64,000 bases of DNA, from contig OY763325.1 of the NCBI GenBank assembly GCA_963667315.1, positions 1,826,380-1,890,379 on the forward strand, in the 5' to 3' direction. The translations under genes were made by a program, and so were the position numbers. This DNA is from an uncultured Thermotogae bacterium (lineage in GTDB: Bacteria; Thermotogota; Thermotogae; MWEM01). Position 1 is the first letter of the stretch; every line of letters starts with the position of its first letter. The notes below the pieces were generated by a model. The model worked only from the letters and a program-made list of their open reading frames with translations. It did no database searches and was not told the DNA's origin. Below, piece after piece: positions 19,613 through 30,036 of this stretch.

Positions 19613-20119
19613 ATGTTTAATAATCGAATAAAGAGGTACAGAATTTTGGTTGATCAAATAAAAAATAATACGATAGCTCCCTTTATAAACGATGTAAACA
19701 CACTCATCATCCATATGAAATCAAAAAAAGTTGGTTCAAGGTGCTCAAGTAGAATTGAGATGAGTTCATCTGAGTCTGTTTTTGATTATGTGACTATCTC
19801 TCGCAATACGAGAAGTTATGATAAAAAACGCGAGATTCAGTCATATCTCAACGTTATTACTTCCGATAGGATTAAACACAGAACGGAAGTCCAACTTCTT
19901 GAGGCTGAAAAAAGCATCATCGTTCGTATGAAGCGTGAAGAATATGAAAGATCACCAAGAATCGCCTTGATTCGAACCGACATTCGCCCCGAAGTAATAG
20001 AAAGAGTCCAGACAATGGATCCCGAATACAAAGATTTTGGAGATGTGTTTGAATACGTCTTTGATGATGTTGAAGAGGGAAGTTATTACCTCTTTATTGA
20101 ACCACTCTTTTTGTTTTGA
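19613..20119 (+). CDS. Stand-alone X-domain protein 2 (true start may be TTG 19646)
   Basis: NDVNTLIIHMKSKK...VITSDRIKHRTEV...PRIALIRTD...GSYYLFIEPLFL, highly similar to 15632. Confidence 0.75.
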   Translation: MFNNRIKRYRILVDQIKNNTIAPFINDVNTLIIHMKSKKVGSRCSSRIEMSSSESVFDYVTISRNTRSYDKKREIQSYLNVITSDRIKHRTEVQLLEAEKSIIVRMKREEYERSPRIALIRTDIRPEVIERVQTMDPEYKDFGDVFEYVFDDVEEGSYYLFIEPLFLF

Positions 20120-20301
20120 AATTAAAGAAAATCATAAAATAAACAGATCACCTGAAACGGAATTTATATAATTCCGTTTTTTTATTTCACGCTCCAGCTC
20201 TGGTGTATAATATTCCAGAAAACAACGTAATACGCTTCAGAGAATACTGCATCATTGTATATAATAAATAGAACAAACCCATTATTAATCGGAGGAAGGA
20301 C

Positions 20302-22565
20302 ATGGAAAATCCTTATATTCAGGAGCAAGTAGATCGAGCGAAAAAATAACTTCATGAAGAAAAACCGGAAAAGGCGCTTGTCATCTATGAGATGATTGAT
20401 CTTCTTGCTGCCCCTGAGATTCAGAAAGGTGTTGTTTTAAACGATATTGGATGGGGTTGTATAAGGAAGCTGAACAAAAATATAATAAAGTTTCAGAAAT
20501 TTATAAACAGAATAATTTTGAACCTCTTGAAAATTATATAGTGACATCTAATAATTCAGCTATCATATTACAGATACTAGGAGATTATTTTAAGGCAGAA
20601 AAAACATTTAAAAGAAATCTTGATAAAACCCATGAAAAGTATGGGAAAAAACTCCGAACTATATACAGTGAGAACAAATAACATTGGTTCTTTATTTTAT
20701 GAGATTGGGGATTTCATTAATGCCGAATGTTATTTTTTTAGAATCAAAAAAATCACAGAGATTCTTTTCGTTAAATTCTTAGTAAAATATATTCAGCTAT
20801 TAAATAATCTGTCAGATGCCTATAAACAACAAAAAGAATATTAAGAAGCTTTATTCTATTCAGAAAACACAGTAAATACTATGGAAGCTATAAAGTTTAC
20901 GAAAAACAAGTGCTATTTATAAGCATTAGAAAAATATTGTTGGTTATTAATAGAAACAAAAAGTTTTTCTCAAGCTACTAAATTATGTGCGAGAATAGAA
21001 ATACTATATACAAAATTTGATCATTATTCAGATTCAGGACAATAAAATTTCACTCTTCTATACGGATATTCTGCATGAAAAGGTTTTATCGTTATCTGAA
21101 AAAACAAAGATGAAGGATGTTTTCAAACTACCCTCGAGTCATTGAAAATAAAGAACAACATCTTTATCAATACCATTTTCACCTTCAACGAAAAACAAGC
21201 ACTTGAATTTTTGAGAATGATCAACAACGAATACAACAAACTTCTTTCTATCACAATTGACTATTTCCCACGATGATAACGAAAAAATTCGGGAAACCTA
21301 TCTGAATATCGTATTAAGTAAGACAATGATTCTGGAAATGACAATGATTCAAAATCGGCAGCTTGACAGGTATAAAAACTCGGATAATGCACATCAAAAA
21401 AGGTATATCCATGAGAACATCGTTGAAACGCTCAAACACAACGATTATTCCAAAATTATCACTCATTTGAAGGATAACAATGTTTTTCTGGATCTCTTCT
21501 ATCTGGATAAAACGGATAGATATGTGATGTTTGTTCTTTCTAAGCGTGAGCCAGTCAGATTAATATACTTCGGAAAAGGTACTGAACTTAATAGAACAAT
21601 GAAAAGAGAAAATTTCACCGAATGTTATCCGCAGATCTTTATCGCAGATTCTTCGGATTTCTCGATGAAAAAATACCGGAAAAGATCATCATCTCCACGT
21701 CAAATGAGATTTCACAACTTCCCTTTGAAACGCTTATAACACCGGATAATTTCTACCTTATCGAAAAAGCCACCGTTCAATATATCTCTACATTTAAAGA
21801 CTTTAACACTGAAATTGTATCCAAAACACAGAAAACACTTACGACCCGAATTTTGATTACCCTTTAAATCCGTCTACAAACCCTGATCCTGAAAACCCAG
21901 AGCAAGATGACGACAAAGGTTTATACAAAAGGCTCTCGGCAAGTAAGGTTGAAGGGGATAAGATAAGACTAATCCTGAAAGATTGGGAAATTTCAGAAAT
22001 ACTGGAAGGGGATAATGCAACTGATTTAAAAGTAAAGCAGATACCATCCAGTTACATCCTGCATATCTCATCACACGCTGTATACAGGGATAATAACAGT
22101 ACAAACAATATAAACCCGCTGAAAGACAGCGGTATTGTTCTTGCGGGTATTAATTCCCTCATTAAAGGAATAGAATTAAGCGAAGATGAAGCTAATGAAA
22201 TAGAAGATGCTGAACTGAATGCCTATGATATGACATTCATAGACCTCAAAAACACCGAACTGGTTGTTCTTTCTGCCTGCAACACAGGACTCGGCAAAAT
22301 AGTAAACGGAAACGGTGTCATAGGACTTCAAAGAGCCGTCCTGTTATCCGGGGCAAAGAAACTGATTATGTCACTCGGAGAAATCTCTGATACGGCAAGT
22401 ATGTTGTTGATGGAAAAATTTTACAGAAGATATCGGGAATCCCTTGATGTCGAAAAGTCTTTACGAGAGGCTAAACTTGCCATTATAAGGGAAAATATAA
22501 AGAAATATGGACATGCGGCTCCGTCCAGATGGGGAAGTTATGTCTGTTTAAGCAGGAGTTTTTAA
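20302..22565 (+). pseudogene. TPR-CHAT protease pseudogene (copy 3)
   Basis: ATG 20302 after GGAGG gives MENPYIQEQVDRAKK then TAA at 20347; homology resumes (LHEEKPEKALVIYEMID). Several stops and frameshifts split it into ORF fragments 20451, 20620, 21257, 21622 and 22230 (LSACNTGLG...RWGSYVCLSRSF). Confidence 0.9.
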
Positions 22566-22651
22566 GTGTGGGGGAACTTCAGATTTAATACTGCACTGTA
22601 TTCAGTGTATAATGTTTCCTGAGAAGATTATCAGATTTTTGGAGGTGGATT

Positions 22652-25123
22652 ATGGAGAATCCTTATATTCAGGAGCAAATGGACAGGGCTTTGAAATTAC
22701 TTAACGAAGAGAAACCGGATGAAGCGCTTGCCATTTATGAGATGATAGATCTTCGTTCGGCTGGTGAAATACAGAGGGCTGTGGTTTCGAATGATATTGG
22801 ATGGGCTTTTAAAAAGATGGGACTTTATAAGGAAGCTATGCAAAAATATCGTTTTGCACTTGATATCTATGAAAAGAACCATCGTGAACCTCTTGAGAAT
22901 TATATTGTAACATCCAATAATTTGGCTGTTCTGCTACACATAATCGGCGAATACAAGAAAGCGGAAGAAATATATAAACATAATTTAGATTTGGTATTGA
23001 CAAATCTCGGAGAGCGCTCAGAAACTTATGCTATTAAAATAAACAATCTCGGTTATTTTTATCTGGAAATCGGCAAATATGATATTGCAGAAAGGTTATT
23101 CATCGAATCAAAAAACTTACGAAAAGAACTTTTCGGTGAAAACTCTATTAAATACCTTCAAGGGTTAAACAACCTTGCAGGTTTGTACAAACAAAAAAAA
23201 GACTATGAAAAAGCTTTAGTCTATTTTAAGGAAACTGTCAGGCTCATGGAAGTTATTAAATTTACCTCCAATACACATTATTACAAGGCCCTTGAAAATC
23301 TTTGCTGGCTGTTTATCGAAATTGGCGAATACGAAGAAGCTACATCAATACTCAATAAAATCCATGAAGATTCTGATATAAACAAAGGTTATCAAACACT
23401 TGAGCAATCAAAACTTTTGCTGGATCATGTCCGGTTAAGTAGAAAGATAAATCACCCCGAAGATGCACTCAAAATGATTGAAGATTTGTCCGGATCGTAC
23501 AATGCAAATCAAACAATCAACACACTTTTTTATTCGGATATTCTATACGAAAAATCACACCTGCTTTCAGAAGTTGGTGACTTTGAAGCGGCTTTTCAAA
23601 CGAACCTTGTTTCGTTGAAGAATCAGAACGATATTTTCCTCAACACCTCCTTTTCTTTCAGCGAACATCAATCTCTCGACTTTCTCAGAAAGATCAACAG
23701 AGAATACAATCTAATCCTTAACCATCTCATAACACATTTCAGTACAGATCAGAACAAGGTCATGGAAACTTACTTAAATATCATTCTCAGAAAATCCATC
23801 ATTCTTGAGATGACGATGATTCAGAACATTCTGCTTAGACGTTTTGAATCAGATGATTTATCATCAGAAAATGTACAGGAACGTTTTAAAAAGGAATATA
23901 TCGACAAGCTTCTTCACGTTGATTATGAAAAAATTTTAAATCGGTTAGATAGTGAATCCTGGTTTCTTGATTATTATTACACAGATGAAAGTGATCAATA
24001 TATTCTGTTTCTCATCTCTCCTGATCAACCCATTCGGTTTATCAATCTTGGAAATGCAAGCGAAATTAACCGGCTCATTGACGCCTACAGAAACAGTATC
24101 CTGTGTGACAAAGACAGGGGGGCTCATCAGCGGCTTTCAATACAGCTTCTATCAAAACTGTTTCCCTTCGACGTTGAAAATCTCCCGAAAAAGATCATTA
24201 TTTCCCCCGTTAATGAGATATCCACATTACCTTTTGAAACCTTTTTGGATGAAGAAGGGTATTTTCTCATCGAAAAGACATTTGTGAAATATATTTCTTC
24301 AGTTAAGGACATTGTCCAAATCAAGAAGGCTCTTTCGCCTAAAACTGTTTCCATCGTTAGCAATCCCGATTTTGATTATCTCCTGGACAACGTTGAAAGA
24401 GATACCGAACCAAATTACACTCAACCATCTTCTGAAGCATTGAGTTACAGAGGTTCGGTATCAGATGATGATTATTTTAAGCGATTAAAGGGTATGGAGG
24501 TTGAAGGGGAGATCGTAGCCAAAATTCTTCAGGCAGCGGGGTGGCAGATTGACACTTTTCTCAGCGGACGAGACGCCTGCGTCTCCAAAGTGAAACAACT
24601 TAAAGACAGCAACATCATTCATATTATAAGCCATGGGTACACCACTATTCAGAGTCAATACAGCAAAAATCCACTTAAGGATTGTGGCCTGGTGTTTTCT
24701 GGAATCAATACGCTTTTGAGAAATGAGAAAACTATAAGTAAAACAGAAAAAGAAATCATCGAAGATGGTGTTCTCACCGCATATGATATGACTTTTATGA
24801 ATTTTGAAAACACAGAATTGATGGTCCTGTCCGCCTGCAATACGGGGCTTGGCAAAATTGAGAATGGAAACGGTATTCTCGGCTTTCAGCGTGCTGTCCT
24901 TTTGACCGGAGTAAAAAGACTTCTGATCACATTGTTCCAAGTCCCAGATCGGTACAGCTCTGAATTAATCGAAATATTTTATTCCGAATACATCATGAAT
25001 CACGATGCGGAATCAGCTTTGAGGAATGCCAAATTGAAGCTGATAGATCATTGTTATAAGACAATAGGGCATGCCGATCCGTATTTATGGGGAGGATATG
25101 TCTGCCTTTCAAGGAGTTTCTGA
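22652..25123 (+). CDS. TPR-CHAT caspase-like protease (copy 4)
   Basis: TPRs (INNLGYFYLEIGKYDIAE); HIISHG and LSACNTG motifs; LWGGYVCLSRSF end. Confidence 0.92.
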   Translation: MENPYIQEQMDRALKLLNEEKPDEALAIYEMIDLRSAGEIQRAVVSNDIGWAFKKMGLYKEAMQKYRFALDIYEKNHREPLENYIVTSNNLAVLLHIIGEYKKAEEIYKHNLDLVLTNLGERSETYAIKINNLGYFYLEIGKYDIAERLFIESKNLRKELFGENSIKYLQGLNNLAGLYKQKKDYEKALVYFKETVRLMEVIKFTSNTHYYKALENLCWLFIEIGEYEEATSILNKIHEDSDINKGYQTLEQSKLLLDHVRLSRKINHPEDALKMIEDLSGSYNANQTINTLFYSDILYEKSHLLSEVGDFEAAFQTNLVSLKNQNDIFLNTSFSFSEHQSLDFLRKINREYNLILNHLITHFSTDQNKVMETYLNIILRKSIILEMTMIQNILLRRFESDDLSSENVQERFKKEYIDKLLHVDYEKILNRLDSESWFLDYYYTDESDQYILFLISPDQPIRFINLGNASEINRLIDAYRNSILCDKDRGAHQRLSIQLLSKLFPFDVENLPKKIIISPVNEISTLPFETFLDEEGYFLIEKTFVKYISSVKDIVQIKKALSPKTVSIVSNPDFDYLLDNVERDTEPNYTQPSSEALSYRGSVSDDDYFKRLKGMEVEGEIVAKILQAAGWQIDTFLSGRDACVSKVKQLKDSNIIHIISHGYTTIQSQYSKNPLKDCGLVFSGINTLLRNEKTISKTEKEIIEDGVLTAYDMTFMNFENTELMVLSACNTGLGKIENGNGILGFQRAVLLTGVKRLLITLFQVPDRYSSELIEIFYSEYIMNHDAESALRNAKLKLIDHCYKTIGHADPYLWGGYVCLSRSF

Positions 25124-25181
25124 TTTAAAATTCCTGACCATGCTGAAAAATGAATAATTGGCACTATTTATAGGTGTCAAG

Positions 25182-25214
25182 AAAAAAGAATCCAAAATCA
25201 TGGATTCTTTTTTT
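25182..25214. terminator. Bidirectional-type terminator
   Basis: AAAAAAGAATCCA-AAATCA-TGGATTCTTTTTTT. Confidence 0.65.
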
Positions 25215-25356
25215 ATACATATGCTTGCTGATTTTTTAAAAAAAGAGGCTATATATAACTGTAAGCATAAGAGAGGGAAATATTAAAGTGCCTCATCGGG
25301 TTATGACAGTCACCGTGTTATCAAAAAACATAACATAACTCAGAGGAGGAAACAGT

Positions 25357-25674
25357 ATGATTAAAAGAAAAATCGTACTTTTAGTAACAATTGCAACGCT
25401 GGTGTTCGCTGGTTTCTCAGCGGCAAATGATCGGATGACTTCTTCAGAGGAACTGTCTTTTTTCCTGGATTCCACGGAACAAAGCTGGTTCAGAGTTCAA
25501 CTGGAAATGTCTGAATTTGACTGGTCCATTCAACCATTAAGCGCTGGTTCAACTTCAACAACAGATCCCGCCAGCAACAATGGCGGTCCTGGCGGGGAAG
25601 ATGACTGGTGGGTTAGTCTACCCACGAGTGATTTAAATCTGTTTGCTCTTAATTTATCCTGGCCGATAAATTAA
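25357..25674 (+). CDS. Small secreted protein, unknown function (105 aa)
   Basis: GGAGG RBS; signal peptide MIKRKIVLLVTIATLVFAGFSAA; acidic Trp-rich mature part; followed by a terminator; a decayed duplicate lies downstream. Confidence 0.75.
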   Translation: MIKRKIVLLVTIATLVFAGFSAANDRMTSSEELSFFLDSTEQSWFRVQLEMSEFDWSIQPLSAGSTSTTDPASNNGGPGGEDDWWVSLPTSDLNLFALNLSWPIN

Positions 25675-25760
25675 GAAAACACTATATGTCGGAAACATTA
25701 TAACACAGTGACACTGTACTAACCAAATGAGGTTACTTTTTGTTTTCCCTCATTATTATC

Positions 25761-25791
25761 TTCCCCCTTCTTTTGAAGGGGGAATTTTTTT
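25761..25791 (+). terminator. Rho-independent terminator
   Basis: TTCCCCCTTC-TTTT-GAAGGGGGAA followed by a T run. Confidence 0.8.
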
Positions 25792-25896
25792 ATTGAAGAC
25801 AAAAGTTAACTTATGCTATGATAACTTTACTTTCTATATTATCTAATATCTTTATTTTTAAAACAACTCTTTTTCTTTATAAAAAGGAGGAGAGGG

Positions 25897-26130
25897 CTGA
25901 TAAAGATCCTTTATAATCCTAACAACTATAGTTTTGATTTACTGATTTCTCAACAGCAAATGACCGGATAAATTCTTCAGAGGAATTATCGTTTTTCTGG
26001 ATTCTCCGAAACAAAGCAAATTCAATATTCAATCGGAAATGTCTGAATTCGACCAAGCAATTCAACTTTTGAGAACTGGGCCAGGAGCAACTACTACACC
26101 CAGAATAATTGGTAAAAACAATAGGATATG
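25897..26130 (+). pseudogene. Decayed duplicate of the 105-aa secreted protein
   Basis: DNA homology: TTTCTCAACAGCAAATGACCGGATAAATTCTTCAGAGGAATTATC...GAAATGTCTGAATTCGAC versus TTTCTCAGCGGCAAATGATCGGATGACTTCTTCAGAGGAACTGTC...GAAATGTCTGAATTTGAC; strong AAGGAGG RBS but no ATG, with frameshifts. Confidence 0.75.
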
Positions 26131-26803
26131 AGCATTCTGTTTTAATCTATCTTTATCAGAACTCTTTTACAAATACATAAACGAAGAACAAACGGTGGTT
26201 TCAGAGTATTTCCTGAAAATTAAACTTGAAAGCCCCCATCAGTAACGTTCTGATTATATTTCAGTTAATATCACACCCGATCTCAAGATATAAATTTTAA
26301 CATTAGATATTTCCCCACCCATTTTTTAAGTTTATCTGTGGGAATCATTATCATGATACTACAATGATTTTTGTTAATATTTTTTGAACACTCATCTTGG
26401 AATTACAATACAATAATTCACGTACAATATTTTTTTTCAGTTCAACTATAAGAATATGTAAGTAAAAAAGAGCAAAATTGAAAATGCAGAACATAATGCA
26501 GATAATTTCAAATGATATATGATCAGCTACACCAAAATCTAAGGAGGTAAAACAATGCAGAAAAGAAGGAGAAACATGAGTATTTGCTTTATACGCTGGA
26601 AAGTGAGAGAAAGATTGATGATCATTAATGGGTATTTATCTCAACTTTCACATCACTCTTATTTTAGCAAAAAAATAATTGACCCATTTCTTCCTATCTT
26701 TGTAGACGAAACTACGACTTAAGGTTTTAAGATTCCGGTTCGTGTTTCTGGAAATTAATGTACCATACCCGGCGAAAAAAAAACTTAAAGGAGGAAGATT
26801 TGA

Positions 26804-27211
26804 ATGCTCACACAATTAAATGAAGAACAGAAAATGATTTATTTTATGTATTTACTAGGCATTGGATTAGAGTCTATTGACGCAAGAGATTTACAGAAAA
26901 TCGAGGAATTTTTATTCAAACACAAAGAATACTATGAGGACATCAAGAAAGAATTTCAGATTATCCAGAGATTATTTGAAGTAAAAATCAAAACTCTAGC
27001 TGAGGAAAATTTATCCTTTGAAAAAATGGATAGCTATGATAGAGAGGAGGTGACTATAATGTTTGACTATTGGAAAAATTCTCCTCCCCACTCTTCAAAT
27101 AAAGAAAAAGATTATATCATAATCAAGTGCCCTCTGGGTTATGAAGAAGATGATGATTGCTTAATTGTAAAAATCCCTAAAAAAAGAGTTGAAAAAAAAT
27201 TTACTGCATAA
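26804..27211 (+). CDS. Truncated anti-sigma-like protein with degenerate zinc site
   Basis: QLNEEQKMIYFMYLLGIGLESIDARDLQKIEEFLFKHKEYYE aligns to CLDDREKNIYFQYLSGINLKSIDAAELMRIEMHLFECKECYE of 30037, with H/C/C lost. Confidence 0.65.
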   Translation: MLTQLNEEQKMIYFMYLLGIGLESIDARDLQKIEEFLFKHKEYYEDIKKEFQIIQRLFEVKIKTLAEENLSFEKMDSYDREEVTIMFDYWKNSPPHSSNKEKDYIIIKCPLGYEEDDDCLIVKIPKKRVEKKFTA

Positions 27212-27426
27212 TTCATAAGATTTCTATCTGTTCCCTTGTCCTGATTTAAAATTTCAAAATCTCTAAGGAGGTTGATTTTATGGCTGTTTAAATTCGTTCT
27301 AATTACCAATTACAAATAACAACGGGTATATACATTAGTACCAAATCGAGAATATAAGTATCTTAACTTAACCATTCTAAATTTGGCTCTTCCAGGCATT
27401 ACCGGAAAAGTCTCAAAGGAGGGACT

Positions 27427-28665
27427 ATGAGAAAAAACGACTTAAGAAGTGATGATTTTGATCCCCATGAGAGTAAAGAGTATTTAATAATCTCATTGAG
27501 GGAACAATTTCTGAACAAATACTACAGATTATGGAGAAATAAGAATCAACAAGTATCAATACGGAATCTAAAAAAGATTTCTGCAAACAGATTCAAAACA
27601 GAGGCAGAGCAGAATCTTGCTTATACAAGGTTGGCACAGGATTTTGGTTTTGATGAAAAAGCTAGTGAAACAGAAAATACTCTTCAACTGACTAAAGATT
27701 TTGTTTATTACTTTGCCAATGATTTTTTCAAAACCGTTGTGTTAAGTTTGACGGACAAGCAAATGAAGAAATATTTTTTCGAGCTTGATGAAAGAAAGGA
27801 AAAAATATTCGATCCGGTGAAAAACAAACTTTTATTGTTTTTCACCGCGTTGGGAAGCAATTCTGCTTTAGCATGTTTAATAAAAGATAATTCAAGCATG
27901 ATTAAAGGCGTTTTCATGAAGCAATCAAGTAAACATGTAAAAAATGAAGTGATGGATGTAATCACTCATTATTGGGCTCTGTTGAGAGAAATCAGTAAGA
28001 CTTTCAAATATTATTTCCCCCAAAAACCTATGGGATGGTTCATTAAATGTATCAAAACTGAGCTGTTTAAGAAGAATTACATCATTGAGATTAATCCTAA
28101 TTCTTCTCAGATAGATGAATCCACAGAAGATCCAATAGAGATAAATGAAAATATTAATGTCCGTAAAAACGGATTCGGGAGACAGAATCCAGACTCAATT
28201 GCATTCTGGCAACTTATCGGAGAAGAATTTTTTCGGATAATTTTGTTAGATACAAACTATGGATATGTCTGGAAAAGGCTTAATTATGTATTGAAACTTT
28301 TTGATTTTAAACCTAGTGACGTGCTAATAGATTATCATGACAAAACAATAGCCGATATAGTTGAAAAGATTAAAGAGTGGTTAAGTGATATTCTTTCATT
28401 GGATGATGATGAATTAAAAATACTTTTTGAGGTAATCGAGGTTGAGATTCATAAAACCATCCCCGATACCGTTCCAATTAAAGATCATAAAACGTGGAAA
28501 ACATTAAAAGAATTTCAAAATTCATCTATTCCAATCAAAGATTTGCGCTTAACCCTCTTCGTTCAGGATGAAAATCCAACAATTCTTTCTGGCTGGAATG
28601 CCAGACTTGCGAAACGTTTAAAAAAGTTTCTCAAAAATTCCGGTTATGATATAAACGACTTTTGA
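27427..28665 (+). CDS. Divergent sigma-70-like protein (paralog 1)
   Basis: Degenerate region-2-like segment (ALACLIKDNSSMIKGVF...DVITHYWALL...PMGWFIKCIK); shares W-x6-kl..f.p..i and the terminal LSxW..rl.krL motif with 30929 and 32080. Confidence 0.5.
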   Translation: MRKNDLRSDDFDPHESKEYLIISLREQFLNKYYRLWRNKNQQVSIRNLKKISANRFKTEAEQNLAYTRLAQDFGFDEKASETENTLQLTKDFVYYFANDFFKTVVLSLTDKQMKKYFFELDERKEKIFDPVKNKLLLFFTALGSNSALACLIKDNSSMIKGVFMKQSSKHVKNEVMDVITHYWALLREISKTFKYYFPQKPMGWFIKCIKTELFKKNYIIEINPNSSQIDESTEDPIEINENINVRKNGFGRQNPDSIAFWQLIGEEFFRIILLDTNYGYVWKRLNYVLKLFDFKPSDVLIDYHDKTIADIVEKIKEWLSDILSLDDDELKILFEVIEVEIHKTIPDTVPIKDHKTWKTLKEFQNSSIPIKDLRLTLFVQDENPTILSGWNARLAKRLKKFLKNSGYDINDF

Positions 28666-28683
28666 TTTCAATCTTCCCCTTCT

Positions 28684-28710
28684 AGCCCGTGACTCAAACG
28701 GGCTTTTTTT
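28684..28710 (+). terminator. Rho-independent terminator
   Basis: AGCCCGT-GACTCAA-ACGGGCT followed by a T run. Confidence 0.75.
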
Positions 28711-28762
28711 CCAAGATAACATTTCTTTATTTTTCATTAAATAATGTAATACCAAGGCCCTC

Positions 28763-28804
28763 TTTTTCTTTTTATCCAACTTTTAGAGTGCACTTCAATT
28801 CCCC
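28763..28804. repeat. Imperfect ~42-bp direct repeat, copy 1
   Basis: TTTTTCTTTTTATCCAACTTTTAGAGTGCACTTCAATTCCCC; partner at 33410. Confidence 0.65.
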
Positions 28805-28998
28805 CTATTTAATAGTATAATCACATATAAATAAAAACAAGAAAGCATTTAACTTAAAATCTCTTCCACAGCCTTTTACGTTAATATTGTTTTACTCATC
28901 AAAACAATATATTTTTCTCTCTTCCATCTTGCAATATTCTTTGTTTTTTTTTCTACAAAAAAGTAGAGACATATTTTAACAGAAGGGGTTGAAGAAAT

Positions 28999-29712
28999 AT
29001 GAACGGAAAACAATTACTAAGCAATTCGATTTATATTTTCATTGATTTTAAGTTTGGAGAATTTCTTGAGAAAGCAGGTTTGAAACGAAACAACTTACTC
29101 GTCAATACTAATAATTTTCTTAAAAAGGTCGAAAAAGTCGATGGTTTTTATTTCCCAAAAGCTAGTTTAATTGACCTGAACAGCTGGATGCCCACAGTCA
29201 CTGAAAAGAGCAAGTTTAATCATTTTGCCGCATTACAAATTTTGGGATTTCAAAACCTCGAAAATTATTTCATTGATCTTGAAACGGAGAAAGAAATCCT
29301 AAACACTGTATTTCAAGGGAATTCTGGCCCCCCTTGGTGGATTATTTGCTATATTGGTTATGCTTGTAAATTTTCATCACAACTAATCGTAGAACATTTA
29401 AAAGGGAAAAAACTTGAGGAGGTTTACCGGAAGTTTAGGGGTGGGGTCAACCAGGATATTTTCACCCTTTTTGGTAATGATTCAAAAGAATTATTCTCGA
29501 AACTCGAATCAGATCTCAATCAAACACTTGAGTACAATTTAAGCGTAAATAATTTAGAAAAGAAGAAGCATTTTTATCCGTTCAAAGATACCCGTTCAGG
29601 TGATATAAATTTTGATATTTTATTCCAAAGTGAAGAACCATCAGATTTGATCATTGAGTGGATTTTTAACCTCGCCTATAATGCATCAAAGATATATATT
29701 AAAACACATTAA
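28999..29712 (+). CDS. Short paralog of the sigma-like proteins lacking the region-2 segment
   Basis: QLLSNSIYIFIDFKF ~ ELLSRSIYMEFRLKY (32080); PPWWIICYIGYACKFSSQLIVEHL ~ YPWQMICFLLKIIGYRPKSIVDQF; PSDLIIEW ~ PSKSVSEW. Confidence 0.55.
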   Translation: MNGKQLLSNSIYIFIDFKFGEFLEKAGLKRNNLLVNTNNFLKKVEKVDGFYFPKASLIDLNSWMPTVTEKSKFNHFAALQILGFQNLENYFIDLETEKEILNTVFQGNSGPPWWIICYIGYACKFSSQLIVEHLKGKKLEEVYRKFRGGVNQDIFTLFGNDSKELFSKLESDLNQTLEYNLSVNNLEKKKHFYPFKDTRSGDINFDILFQSEEPSDLIIEWIFNLAYNASKIYIKTH

Positions 29713-30036
29713 GATACCCTTGCGTTTTTAACAACATGATCACTTATTGTTTTTCATTTTTTAACACTTATGAGTGCGGATTTTATCATTTCAAATACTA
29801 TATATAGTATCTAAAAAAGGAGTGATCATGTTGGCTATGTATATATTTAAAAGTTCTGAAATCGCTTTAACCGACGTTAAAAAATGGAATATTTTATTCC
29901 TATCGAATTTTCAGATTTTAACTTTGAAACCCACTTAATATTCTTCTCCAGATTAAGTATTTTTAATACAAATATCTTTGACTTTTGTATTATTTCTTTT
30001 CATAAAGATTTGATTCGGATCATTAATAATTAAGGG

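Noticed and set aside
26555-26721. ~55-aa ORF after AAGGAGG, plus RBS-led micro-ORFs at ~27280 (MAV*) and ~29828
   Set aside because: No homology to anything in the window and no recognisable motif; probably decayed gene remnants in the island.
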